Below are positions 1 to 8,876 of a stretch of 64,000 bases of DNA, piece after piece. The first letter of the stretch is position 1. Every line of letters starts with the position of its first letter. The stretch is from positions 1,696,001-1,760,000 of the forward strand of contig OY760907.1 in NCBI GenBank assembly GCA_963664195.1. Reading direction: 5' to 3'. The stretch comes from an uncultured candidate division Zixibacteria bacterium (GTDB lineage: Bacteria; Zixibacteria; MSB-5A5; GN15; FEB-12). Under the pieces are notes generated by a model. The model did not search any database and was not told the DNA's origin. It saw nothing but the letters and a program-made list of their open reading frames with translations. The translations under genes and the position numbers were made by a program.

Positions 1-236
1 TATTTGGCACCCGGGATCAGTTCGGCCAGCCCGGCAAACGAGGCGAGCGCACTGTCCAGATTGTCGTCGTCGAGGTATGCATATCCGGTCTGGATTAGCG
101 CCTCATATTGTTGAATAGTCTCGACATCGTAGGCCTGTGGGACATTCAGGGTCATCTGTTGCGGTTCGGACGGGGAGCATCCTCCTATCACTGCTGTGGC
201 GAGGGCGAGGAGCACGAGGGCATAAATCAAGCGCAT
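1..236 (-). CDS. Lipoprotein, possibly TPR-like (runs off the window start)
   Basis: Manual translation from ATG at 236: MRLIYALVLLALATAVIGGCSPSEPQQ..., open to base 1. Has a signal peptide with lipobox-like IGGC and a GGAAGG RBS upstream. Confidence 0.7.
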   Translation of the reverse strand, partial: MRLIYALVLLALATAVIGGCSPSEPQQMTLNVPQAYDVETIQQYEALIQTGYAYLDDDNLDSALASFAGLAELIPGAK

Positions 237-688
237 GTGGGGTTCCTTCCGTGGCATCGATACTGACTCAGTATATCGGTGACGATTGGTAGTGTTTCTG
301 TTTCGTGTATAAACGGGACTACGAGCGGCAGAGTCAAGAGGTTACGGCGTTTGAGCGTTTGTGATTTTCTAGCACGTTAGAGCCGTGATACGCCATCACA
401 ACTGCCGCAGGCAGGGTTCGATTTCATCAGGTTTGGTTGTTTAAGCGCTCCGAATCCGCCCGAGCTACAAGAATCCTCCATTTTCCCGCGTTTTTCGAGC
501 CTTTTCGGTCCGGATTGTCTTGACAAATCAGGGAGAAAAAGAGATAGTCGTTTAGTTGTAGAGGATTGCGCTCCTGACAGGCTATTGATGGAACGATGAA
601 AACGTCACGCTGTCCGATCAAAGAAAATTCAAAGGCTACTCCTTAGCCAATACTCTGTATACAATCAGATGATACACTACAGGTTCTT

Positions 689-1612
689 ATGACGAAAAAT
701 ACTATCTGCATTCACGAAGTGGGGCCTCGCGACGGTTTACAGGTCGAGAAGACGCTGGTACCGCTTGAGGACAAGATACGCTGGATTGACGGGGTGATGG
801 AAAGCGGAATTGACATCGTTCAACTCGGGTCTTTTGTCAACCCCAAAGCTGTGCCGCAAATGGCCGACTCCGACAAGCTCTTTGAGCATTTTTCGGCTGC
901 CGGAAACAAGCCGGGGAACGTTGTTCTGTCCGGGTTGGTGCTCAACGAAAAAGGGCTTGAGCGCGGCATGGCCTGCGGTGTGGAGATGTTCTGCATGGGC
1001 GTTTCCGCGAGCGAGACGCACAGCCAGAAGAATACCCGCATGACAACCTCCGAAGCCCAGATCCGCATAATAGCGATGGCCAAATCTGTTCTCAAAGCCG
1101 GCAAACGGGTGCAGGTGTCTGTTCAATCGGCCTTTGGCTGCGGCTTCGAAGGGCCGATTCCGAAAGAGAGAGTTCTGGGGATAGTCAAAGAGTATCTCTC
1201 AGCCGGGATTCGGAACATCAGCTTGGCCGACACGGCCGGTCACGGTCAACCGATGCAGGTCGAAGAGTTGTTCAGCGCTATTCGCGACCTTGAGCCTGAG
1301 GTTGAACTTACGTGCCATTTCCATAACACGTACGGTCTTGGCCTTGCCAATTGTTACGCCGCTCTCAAGAGCGGGGTGACCTCGTTTGAATCGGCCTACG
1401 GTGGTCTGGGGGGATGTCCCTTCACCAAACTGCCCGCCGGCAATGTCAGCACCGAGGATCTGGTGCATTCGCTACAACGGATGGGCATCCGTGAAGATAT
1501 TAAACTGGCCAGCCTTCTGAATGTAGCCAAGCAGGTGAGCGACTTCTTCGGTCGTGAACTCCCCGGTGCAGTCCTGAAAGCCGGTTCAATTGTTGATTTC
1601 AAGAAAGGTTGA
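689..1612 (+). CDS. HMG-CoA lyase family (DRE-TIM) acyl-CoA C-C lyase
   Basis: Motifs EVGPRDGLQ, LADT.G, HFHNTYGLG and GGLGGCP. Confidence 0.9.
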   Translation: MTKNTICIHEVGPRDGLQVEKTLVPLEDKIRWIDGVMESGIDIVQLGSFVNPKAVPQMADSDKLFEHFSAAGNKPGNVVLSGLVLNEKGLERGMACGVEMFCMGVSASETHSQKNTRMTTSEAQIRIIAMAKSVLKAGKRVQVSVQSAFGCGFEGPIPKERVLGIVKEYLSAGIRNISLADTAGHGQPMQVEELFSAIRDLEPEVELTCHFHNTYGLGLANCYAALKSGVTSFESAYGGLGGCPFTKLPAGNVSTEDLVHSLQRMGIREDIKLASLLNVAKQVSDFFGRELPGAVLKAGSIVDFKKG

Positions 1613-1626
1613 ATGAGAGAACCGTC

Positions 1627-2820
1627 ATGAAACTGTTGGAAAACATCCGTGTACTCGACATGACCAACGTGCTGTCCGGGCCGTTCTGCACTCTGCACCT
1701 GGCCCTGCTTGGAGCTGAAGTTATCAAGATCGAGGTGCCTGGCAGCGGTGACCTCGCCCGAAGACTGGGCAATGTCCCTGATCTCAACAAGAAGATGATG
1801 GGTACGAGCTTTCTCGCCCAGAACTCAAACAAGAAATCACTCACGCTCAACCTTAAGGCCGAAGAAGGCAAGGACATCTTCCGCAAGCTGCTCGAAACGG
1901 CCGATGTGGTAGTCGAAAACTTCAGACCCGGCGTTATGGCAAGACTCGGCTTCTCGTGGGAAGAAATGTCAAAGATCAATCCGAAACTGGTGTACTGTGC
2001 CATTTCCGGGTTCGGCCAGACCGGTCCCGATGCCAAGAAGCCGGCCTACGACCAGATCATCCAAGGGCTCTCGGGCGCTATGGATGTCAACGGTGACGAA
2101 CGCCTGCACCCGCTGCGGGCAGGATTTCCGGTCTGCGACACGGTCGGCGGCCTGAACGCCGCGTTTGCCGTCATGGCGGCGCTTTTCTATCGCGAACGGA
2201 CCGGCGAAGGTCAGCAGATTGACATCGCCCTGCTTGATTCGATCATGCCGCTCATGGGATGGGTGGCAGCCAATCTGTTGATCGGTGGCAAGGCTCCGAT
2301 CCCGATGGGCAACGACAATTTCACGGCTGCTCCCTCGGGAGCGTTCCGCACACAGGACGGTTTCATCAACATTGCCGCCAATCAGCAGAAGCAGTGGGAA
2401 GATCTCTGCGACGTAGTTGGCGTTCCCGAGTTGAAAACCGATGCCCGATTCCAGGAGCGTGATACTCGCAAGGGCAACCGCAAGGAACTGACACCGATCC
2501 TGGAGGAGAAGCTCACGCAGAACTCGACCGTGCACTGGGTGGATGCCCTGAATGCCAAAGGCATCCCCTCGGGTGATATTCTCGGTCTTGAGAAAGCTCT
2601 GCGGAGTGCTCAGGTAGTGCACCGCGAGACGATAGTGAAGGTGAAGGAAGAGGAGATCGGAGATATCGAGATTTTCAACCTCTCCGCAAAGTTCTCCAAG
2701 ACACCGGCGAAAGTCGAAACTGCACCGCCGCGTTTGTCGGCCCACACCGAAGAAATCCTCTCAGGACTCGGATACACGGCCGACGATTTGAAAGCACTGA
2801 AAGACAAGGCGGTTATCTAA
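1627..2820 (+). CDS. Family III CoA-transferase (CaiB/BaiF)
   Basis: IRVLDMT..LSGP, GAEVIKIE, NKKSLTLNLK, DVVVENFRPG, ISGFGQTGP, AYD..IQ and catalytic Asp in VCDTVGG. ATG 1627 preferred over TTG 1609. Confidence 0.92.
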   Translation: MKLLENIRVLDMTNVLSGPFCTLHLALLGAEVIKIEVPGSGDLARRLGNVPDLNKKMMGTSFLAQNSNKKSLTLNLKAEEGKDIFRKLLETADVVVENFRPGVMARLGFSWEEMSKINPKLVYCAISGFGQTGPDAKKPAYDQIIQGLSGAMDVNGDERLHPLRAGFPVCDTVGGLNAAFAVMAALFYRERTGEGQQIDIALLDSIMPLMGWVAANLLIGGKAPIPMGNDNFTAAPSGAFRTQDGFINIAANQQKQWEDLCDVVGVPELKTDARFQERDTRKGNRKELTPILEEKLTQNSTVHWVDALNAKGIPSGDILGLEKALRSAQVVHRETIVKVKEEEIGDIEIFNLSAKFSKTPAKVETAPPRLSAHTEEILSGLGYTADDLKALKDKAVI

Positions 2821-2861
2821 TTCATACGACAAATCAACTTTCCATCTAAGGAGCATTCTCA

Positions 2862-4154
2862 ATGGGAATGACATACGTTCAGAAGGTACTGGCTAAAGCC
2901 TGCGGGAAACCGTCGGTAGCCGTCGGTGATGTCGTCGAACCGGAAGTAGAACTGGCGATGTCACACGAAAACGGCGCTATGGCCATGAACCAGTTCAGAG
3001 AGATATACAAAGACACGGGACTTGAGGCCAGGATATGGGACCCGAGCCGGATCGCGATTATTTTTGACCATCGTGTCCCCGCCGAAAGTGCGAAAACCGC
3101 CGGCAACCAGAAGCGACTTCGTGATTTCGTCCGCGAGCAGGGGATTACCAAGTTCCACGATATCCGTGGCGACGAGGGCGGCATCTGCCACCAGATTCTG
3201 CCGGAGTCCGGCTATGTCCGTCCGGGCGGTGTGGTTGTCGGTACCGACAGTCACACTACTACTCACGGTGCCCTTGGCGCGTTTGCGTTTGGCATCGGTG
3301 CCACCGATATGGCAGCCGTCTGGGCACTGGGCCACGTGCTGAACGTCGAAGTTCCCGCGACGATCAAAGTCGTGGTCAACGGTCAGTTCCAGGAGAACGT
3401 CGGGCCGAAAGACTTGATTCTTCATTTGATCGGTAAGATATCATCCGAGGGTGCTAACTACAAGGTGCTCGAATTCCACGGTGAGGCTTTCAAGACCATG
3501 CCGACCTCCGGTCGCCTCGTGTGCTCCAACATGTCGGTCGAGGCTGGCGCTACTGCCGGTATCGTTCCGCCGGATGAAGAGACGCTGCGTTATCTGAAAG
3601 AAGAAGCGGGCGTGACGGACAAGATAGACATCTTCGGTCCGGACGACGACGCCGAGTACGTGCAGGTAGTCGAAATCGACGCCTCGACGCTGGTGCCGCA
3701 GATTGCCTGTCCGCACACGGTCGACAATATCAAGAATATCGATGAGGTTGTTGGTACGAAGATTGACCAGATTGTGATCGGCTCGTGCACCAACGGTCGT
3801 CTCGATGATCTGGCTGCTGCCGCGAAGATTCTTAAAGGCAAGAAGGTTGATCGTTTCACGAGAATGCTGGTATTCCCGGCCTCGTGGCGTATCTACCGCA
3901 AGGCTCTCGATCTCGGATATCTCTCTGACCTGGCCGATGCCGGTGCTGTTGTCTGCAACCCCGGTTGTGGCCCCTGTCTGGGGGTACACCAGGGAGCGCT
4001 GGCCGACACCGAAGTGGCCCTGGCGACGACAAACCGAAACTTCAAAGGCCGCATGGGCAACCCGAAGGCAGAGGTTTACCTCTGTTCGCCGGTTGTGGCT
4101 GCCGCAAGTGCCATCACCGGAGTGATAACCGATCCGAGAGAAGGAGGTCGTTAA
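2862..4154 (+). CDS. leuC: Isopropylmalate/homoaconitase-type dehydratase, large subunit (LeuC/HacA/DmdA family; substrate uncertain)
   Basis: DHRVP, GICHQ, GTDSHT and the [4Fe-4S] ligand motifs GSCTNGR and PGCGPCLG, plus TNRNFKGRMG. AAGGAG RBS upstream. Confidence 0.88.
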   Translation: MGMTYVQKVLAKACGKPSVAVGDVVEPEVELAMSHENGAMAMNQFREIYKDTGLEARIWDPSRIAIIFDHRVPAESAKTAGNQKRLRDFVREQGITKFHDIRGDEGGICHQILPESGYVRPGGVVVGTDSHTTTHGALGAFAFGIGATDMAAVWALGHVLNVEVPATIKVVVNGQFQENVGPKDLILHLIGKISSEGANYKVLEFHGEAFKTMPTSGRLVCSNMSVEAGATAGIVPPDEETLRYLKEEAGVTDKIDIFGPDDDAEYVQVVEIDASTLVPQIACPHTVDNIKNIDEVVGTKIDQIVIGSCTNGRLDDLAAAAKILKGKKVDRFTRMLVFPASWRIYRKALDLGYLSDLADAGAVVCNPGCGPCLGVHQGALADTEVALATTNRNFKGRMGNPKAEVYLCSPVVAAASAITGVITDPREGGR

Positions 4155-4155
4155 G

Positions 4156-4650
4156 ATGGGTAAAGTCGTATTCAAAGTTGGCGATGACGTCTCCACGGAC
4201 ATTATCTACCCGGGTCGCTACATGGCGACCGTGTTGCCGACAGAGACGCCGGCATATGCATTTGCCGATGCCGAAGATTTCAACAAGAAGCTGACCGACG
4301 GTGCCGTTGAAAAGGGCAGCTTTATTGTTGCAAACGAGAACTTCGGTTGTGGCTCCTCGCGCGAACAGGCCGCGTCCTGTCTTAAGGGCTACGACCTGGT
4401 GGTCGTGGCGAAACATTTCGCGCGGATATTCCTTCAGAACGGTATCAACCTCGGCTTGGGAATGGTGATTTGCCCGGACATTGAGGCCGACGAAGGTGAC
4501 GAGCTTGAAATCAGCGGCACCGTTTTGAAGAACGTGACGAAGGGCAAAGAGTTCGCGATTACGCCGCTTCCCCCGGCTCGCCAGGCGATTATCGACGCCG
4601 GCGGTCTGATCGCATTCACGCGCGCCCGGTTGCTTGAGGGAAAAGCTTGA
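4156..4650 (+). CDS. leuD: LeuD/HacB/DmdB-family dehydratase, small subunit
   Basis: DDVSTDIIYP, NFGCGSSRE.A, FARIF.QN.IN.G and GGLI. Confidence 0.88.
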   Translation: MGKVVFKVGDDVSTDIIYPGRYMATVLPTETPAYAFADAEDFNKKLTDGAVEKGSFIVANENFGCGSSREQAASCLKGYDLVVVAKHFARIFLQNGINLGLGMVICPDIEADEGDELEISGTVLKNVTKGKEFAITPLPPARQAIIDAGGLIAFTRARLLEGKA

Positions 4651-4737
4651 TAGGTTGATTAGATTTGATCTGAGGACTTAATAAGTTAGTCAGGCTGAGC
4701 AAACTAGAAAGTCAGGCTGAGCTTGTCGAAGTCTCAC

Positions 4738-4773
4738 GCCCGCCTCTGGTTATTCTAGAGGCGGGCTTTTTTT
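4738..4773 (+). terminator. Intrinsic terminator of the lyase/CoA-transferase/leuCD operon
   Basis: GCCCGCCTCT...AGAGGCGGGC stem followed by T7. Confidence 0.85.
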
Positions 4774-4802
4774 GTTTGGACCCTCACACAGCCTTCGGGT
4801 TA

Positions 4803-4832
4803 TTGACTCACGGGTCCATTTGTTGTATGTTG
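4803..4832 (+). promoter_or_regulatory. Sigma70-like promoter, copy 1 of an exact 30-bp direct repeat
   Basis: TTGACT-17 bp-TATGTT, identical to 5764-5793. Confidence 0.6.
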
Positions 4833-4870
4833 GACTTGAGTTTGGGGAATCTCGGTAGTGACATTGAATT

Positions 4871-4997
4871 GCCCCCCCAAAGCAAGTTTGAGGGGGCCAC
4901 CCAGAGGGGAGAGAGTGTCGTCAGATTTGCCTAAGACAGATGTTTGGGGATTGTTGAATCCGAATCCGGGTGGCAGGCTCAAACTTGTTTGGGCCTG
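4871..4997. repeat. REP doublet (REPIN-like), left of the RAYT gene
   Basis: Two oppositely oriented GTGG-palindromes (4871-4902, 4968-4997) separated by 65 bp. Repeated at 5565-5691. Confidence 0.85.
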
Positions 4998-5017
4998 AAA
5001 CGCAGCACATTATCAAT

Positions 5018-5563
5018 ATGGGCAAGCGAGTACAATTAAATGCTCCCGGCCACGCTCACGAGCTAACGTTTTCCTGCTTTCAGAATCGCCGGTTTCTAAT
5101 GCGTCGTCAATACTGTGACTATCTGTGTCAGACCATCTCCGCAATGAGAGACCAGTACTCGGTTCATCTGTGGGCTTATGTGTTCATGCCGAACCACGTT
5201 CATCTACTCCTGTACCCCACCAGGCCGGAGTATGACCTTGGCGCGATTCTGCAGAGCATCAAGCAGTCCGTATCCCGCAAGGTCATCAGAGATGCGCGTG
5301 AATCGAGTTGTGGCGAATTGGAGCAGTTCCGAACAGGTGTCAAAGACAGACCGTATCGATTCTGGCAGAAGGGTGGCGGGTATGATCGGAATATCGTCAG
5401 TAAGACTGTAGTCAGGTCCGCTATTAGCTACATACACAACAATCCTGTCAGGGCGGGCTTGGTCAAAAGCCCCGAGGACTGGGAATGGTCGAGCTTCAGA
5501 GATTGGGAGGGTTTAGGGGCCGGACCAATCTTCATCGATCGTGATTATCTGTCAATGACCTAA
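5018..5563 (+). CDS. REP-associated tyrosine transposase (RAYT; Y1 HUH, IS200-like)
   Basis: H.LTFSC, AYVFMPNHVHLL (HUH), FWQ..GYDR.I and YIHNNPVRAGLV..PEDW.WSS. Flanked by REP palindromes. Confidence 0.9.
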   Translation: MGKRVQLNAPGHAHELTFSCFQNRRFLMRRQYCDYLCQTISAMRDQYSVHLWAYVFMPNHVHLLLYPTRPEYDLGAILQSIKQSVSRKVIRDARESSCGELEQFRTGVKDRPYRFWQKGGGYDRNIVSKTVVRSAISYIHNNPVRAGLVKSPEDWEWSSFRDWEGLGAGPIFIDRDYLSMT

Positions 5564-5564
5564 T

Positions 5565-5691
5565 GCCCCCCCAAAGCAAGTTTGAGGGGGCCACCCAGAG
5601 GGGGGAGGCGATATCAGAGTTGATGAAGACAAGTGTTTTGGCGAACAGGGAATCTGAATCCGGGTGGCAGGCTCAAACTTGTTTGGGCCTG
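5565..5691. repeat. REP doublet (REPIN-like), right of the RAYT gene
   Basis: Palindromes 5565-5596 and 5662-5691 are identical to the left copies, again with a 65-bp spacer. Confidence 0.85.
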
Positions 5692-5763
5692 ACGCTTGGC
5701 TGTTTCCGGTCTTCCGGACGCGGGCGGTTTTTATGTTTGATCTCTCACGCAGCTTGTCGGTTG

Positions 5764-5793
5764 TTGACTCACGGGTCCATTTGTTGTATGTTG
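5764..5793 (+). promoter_or_regulatory. Sigma70-like promoter, copy 2, upstream of the radical SAM gene
   Basis: TTGACT-17 bp-TATGTT, identical to 4803-4832. Confidence 0.6.
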
Positions 5794-5979
5794 AGTTATC
5801 GTATGCTGGGGACACTCATGTGGTACTCAACCTGAAGGGACGTCATGAGAGATACACTCGCTTGGTTAGCTGAATTCCGCACCCTAATTACGGAGTTGGA
5901 AGACTGGTGGAACATCGATCGCTCACCTTTGGAGGCTCGGACAGCGACGTGCGAATCACCCTACTGGAGACTGATGTAA

Positions 5980-6849
5980 GTGGCGCGGACTCTGTACTGT
6001 ACATATAGCCCAGAGCATGACTGGTTTTTGGTAGCATCGACGCAACTGGAAGACGGCGTCTCACTTCGACCAAACGTCGGGAATGGGGCCGGCGAGTATC
6101 TGCGCTATGTCCCTGGTCCCGGGGTCTCGTTGGACGAGGTTGACCGATTCCTGACCTCGAATCCTCAAGAGTTGTGCTGCGAAATCACTAACGCATGTGA
6201 CTCACATTGTCGAGTATGTATTGCCGATGCAAAAGCGAATGGAGTTGCTCACATTGACCCCGAAGTGTTGGCGCGCAGTGCTCACGAGGTTCTCGATCAG
6301 GTGGCGAGAGTGACAATCACCGGTGGGGAGCCTACACTGCATCCCAGTCTGAGTGAGATCGTATCTCTTTGTGGGAGTGATCGACGGACCGTTGTGCTTT
6401 CAACAAATGGATCCAATCCGGAGGCTGTGCTGAGTGCTCTTGAGATGGCGGAACAGATGGTTCTTGCAGTATCTTTGCACGGCCCAAAGAGAGTACACGA
6501 TTCCTTTGTCGGGAACATCGGTTCTTATGAGCGCGCACTTGAAACCATAACCGCAGGGGCGAGTATTTGCGCTGGAGTGCACGTGTTGTCAGTGGCAACG
6601 CGAGAGACCCTGCCGACATTGGTGACCTTAGTCGATACATTGTCCGAAACCTCGATCACGGAGCACCGTATCAGTTTAGTCAAGCCTGGCGGAAGGTCTA
6701 GCGATGGTCGAGTTTCAGCCTATGAAGTATTTGGAGCACTGAGCGAGATACGCTCGAGTCACAGAGTCACCGTTAAGACACAGGACCAGCCGTTTGTATT
6801 CCTGAGTCATCAGGGGAAACTAGAGGAACGCTATGGCCGAAACTACTGA
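5980..6849 (+). CDS. Radical SAM protein without an evident SPASM domain
   Basis: CxxxCxxC motif (CDSHCRVC), ITGGEP, STNG and VSLHG. Start codon uncertain. Confidence 0.85.
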   Translation: MARTLYCTYSPEHDWFLVASTQLEDGVSLRPNVGNGAGEYLRYVPGPGVSLDEVDRFLTSNPQELCCEITNACDSHCRVCIADAKANGVAHIDPEVLARSAHEVLDQVARVTITGGEPTLHPSLSEIVSLCGSDRRTVVLSTNGSNPEAVLSALEMAEQMVLAVSLHGPKRVHDSFVGNIGSYERALETITAGASICAGVHVLSVATRETLPTLVTLVDTLSETSITEHRISLVKPGGRSSDGRVSAYEVFGALSEIRSSHRVTVKTQDQPFVFLSHQGKLEERYGRNY

Positions 6850-7236
6850 ACTGAATGCCTACGACATTGAGAAGCAGGTTTATCAAACTCAATGGACGAA
6901 CATCAGACACCACTGGAACCAGACATTCTCGGGTATAACGCACTTATCTACGCTGATCGCTCTGGCCGTAGTCCCTTTGAAATTCGTGCTGGTCGAGCAG
7001 CCAGGCACTGTCCGTGTCGGCATTGATCCTTCAGTTGCCCTGTACTTGAAAGTTTTCGTCGGTGCGATCATCTTGCTGTTGGCGCTAGTCACCTTTCTTA
7101 ACCAATTGAATCACTACAGACGATCTCAAGAGGCAAGGCGAGTCGTTGTGGCTATTGAGAAAGCTTGGGGACTCTATGACAAAAAAGGAAGGTTTGTCTT
7201 TCAAGACAACCCGACAAAATATGACTATGCCAAATT

Positions 7237-8554
7237 GGGCATGTAAGTATTTTTGTGTAAGCGGCCATGATGTATATTGGATTGAAGGAGGATACGCATG
7301 GCCAAGAAGCTCGACAATGCAGACAAGCTTATCGATGAAATGATCGCCGGGAAGACGCCCGAGGAGATAGTCGGCGAGGGCGGTCTTCTCGAAGCGCTTA
7401 CGAAACGCGTCTACGAACGCGCCCTCGAAGGCGAGATGACGCACCATCTGGGCTACCCCCCCAAAGCCCCCGAGGGCCGCAACAGCGGCAACTCCCGCAA
7501 CGGCAAGACCACCAAGACAGTTAAGACCGGGGCCGAGGATGTGAACTTAGCGATTCCCCGGGACCGCAACGGCCAGTTCGAGCCACAGCTGGTCAAAAAG
7601 CATCAGCGTCGCCTGCCGGGTTTCGACGACAAGGTACTGGCGCTGTATGCTCGTGGGCTTTCGACCCGTGATATCCAGGGTCATCTTGAGGAGATGTACG
7701 GATCGGCCGTGTCGCCGGCGTTGATATCGGCGGTGACGGACGCAGTTTTGGAGGAGGTGACGGCGTGGCAGAACCGTCCGTTGGAGCCGGTGTATCCGAT
7801 CGTGTACCTTGATGCCATCCACCTGAAGATGCGTCACAGCGGGCAGATCAAGAACCAGGCAGTGTATCTGGCTCTGGGGATCAACCGTGAGGGCGGCAAG
7901 GAGTTACTGGGGTTGTGGGTCGGCGAGCACGAGGGGGCCAAGTTCTGGTTGAACGTGCTGACCCAGTTGAAGAACCGTGGGGTGCAGGACATCCTGATTG
8001 CCTGTGTGGACGGTCTGAGCGGTTTCCCCGACGCGATCGAGGCGGCCTATCCGAAGGCGCAGGTGCAGTTGTGCATCGTGCACATGGTGCGCAACTCGCT
8101 GAAGTATGTCTCCTGGAAACAGCGCAAGGCGGTGGCCGCCGATCTCAAGAGTGTTTATTCGGCGCCCAACGTGGAGGCCGCCGAGGAGGCCCTGGCCGCG
8201 CTTGAGGCCCGGTATGAGGACAGCTTCCCGCAAATCGCGCGCTCGTGGCGATCCTGCTGGGTGAACATCATTCCGTTTTTTGACTATCCGCCGGCGATTC
8301 GGAAAGTTATCTATACGACTAATGCGATTGAATCGATGAACGCTCAGCTGCGGAAAGTTACGAGAAATCGCGGCTCGTTTCCGACCGCCGACTCGGTGAG
8401 GAAGGTGCTGTATTTGGCGATACAGAGAATCTCGATGAAGTGGAAACGACCGATCAAAGACTGGGTGGCGGCACTCAACCACTTCAGCATCATGTTTGAG
8501 GGAAGAATCTGACAACCGTGAAAAGGCTGCTTACACAAAATTCTGTACAGACCC
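7237..8554 (+). mobile_element. IS256-family insertion sequence, 1318 bp, with 8-bp target duplication
   Basis: Imperfect terminal IRs GGGCATGTAAGTATTTTTGTGTAAGCGGCC and (reverse complement) GGGTCTGTACAGAATTTTGTGTAAGCAGCC. GCCAAATT occurs at 7229-7236 and 8555-8562. Confidence 0.95.
7298..8512 (+). CDS. IS256-family (Mutator-like DDE) transposase
   Basis: RNG, PRDR.G.FEP, G.STRDI, YPIVYLDA, DGLSGF, QLCIVH and YTTNAIES.N. Confidence 0.95.
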   Translation: MAKKLDNADKLIDEMIAGKTPEEIVGEGGLLEALTKRVYERALEGEMTHHLGYPPKAPEGRNSGNSRNGKTTKTVKTGAEDVNLAIPRDRNGQFEPQLVKKHQRRLPGFDDKVLALYARGLSTRDIQGHLEEMYGSAVSPALISAVTDAVLEEVTAWQNRPLEPVYPIVYLDAIHLKMRHSGQIKNQAVYLALGINREGGKELLGLWVGEHEGAKFWLNVLTQLKNRGVQDILIACVDGLSGFPDAIEAAYPKAQVQLCIVHMVRNSLKYVSWKQRKAVAADLKSVYSAPNVEAAEEALAALEARYEDSFPQIARSWRSCWVNIIPFFDYPPAIRKVIYTTNAIESMNAQLRKVTRNRGSFPTADSVRKVLYLAIQRISMKWKRPIKDWVAALNHFSIMFEGRI

Positions 8555-8790
8555 GCCAAATTTGCCGGAGGAGAGTGTCGACTGACCCACTCGAAAGTGC
8601 AGTTCACTTACATCGTAGTAATAACGTTGGCAGCACTCGCTTTCGTGTACTTCGCCTAGCTGATCTGACTTGCTGGCGCGCAGAAGCTAGCTAGCGGCTA
8701 CCAGCGCCGGGAATCTGAGTTCACTCTATCGTGATTTCTCGACTGTTGAACTGGTCGGCGGTAGTTCTTAGTATTCACTCTCCCACAACC

Positions 8791-8819
8791 TTGACACCCG
8801 TCGTTGAGGCCCGTACATT
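8791..8819 (+). promoter_or_regulatory. Sigma70-like promoter of the metal/ABC cluster
   Basis: TTGACA-17 bp-TACATT. Confidence 0.6.
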
Positions 8820-8876
8820 ACCCACGTGAGAACAGTCCCCGGCGGCACTCAAAGTCACGTGTATAAGACGGTAGAT

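Larger units (their letters stand above)
6833..8659 (+). pseudogene. Small 3-TM membrane protein (166 aa reconstructed) interrupted by IS256
   Basis: Removing 7237-8562 restores the frame ...YDYAKFAGGECRLTHSKVQFTYIVVITLAALAFVYFA* with TAG at 8657-8659. Confidence 0.85.

Noticed and set aside
2862..4650. Ordinary leucine biosynthesis operon
   Set aside because: No leuA or leuB is adjacent and the partners are catabolic-type enzymes. The symbols are given for family identity only.
4871..5691. CRISPR-like repeats around the transposase
   Set aside because: The units alternate in orientation, have 65-bp spacers and flank a RAYT, and no cas genes are present. They are REP doublets.
5907..6008. 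33-codon ORF (GTG 5907) that might be a frameshifted N-terminus or peptide substrate of the radical SAM enzyme
   Set aside because: A slip in TACATATAG could join the frames, but GTG 5980 has its own GGAG and the peptide has no precursor-like features. Undecidable without homologs.
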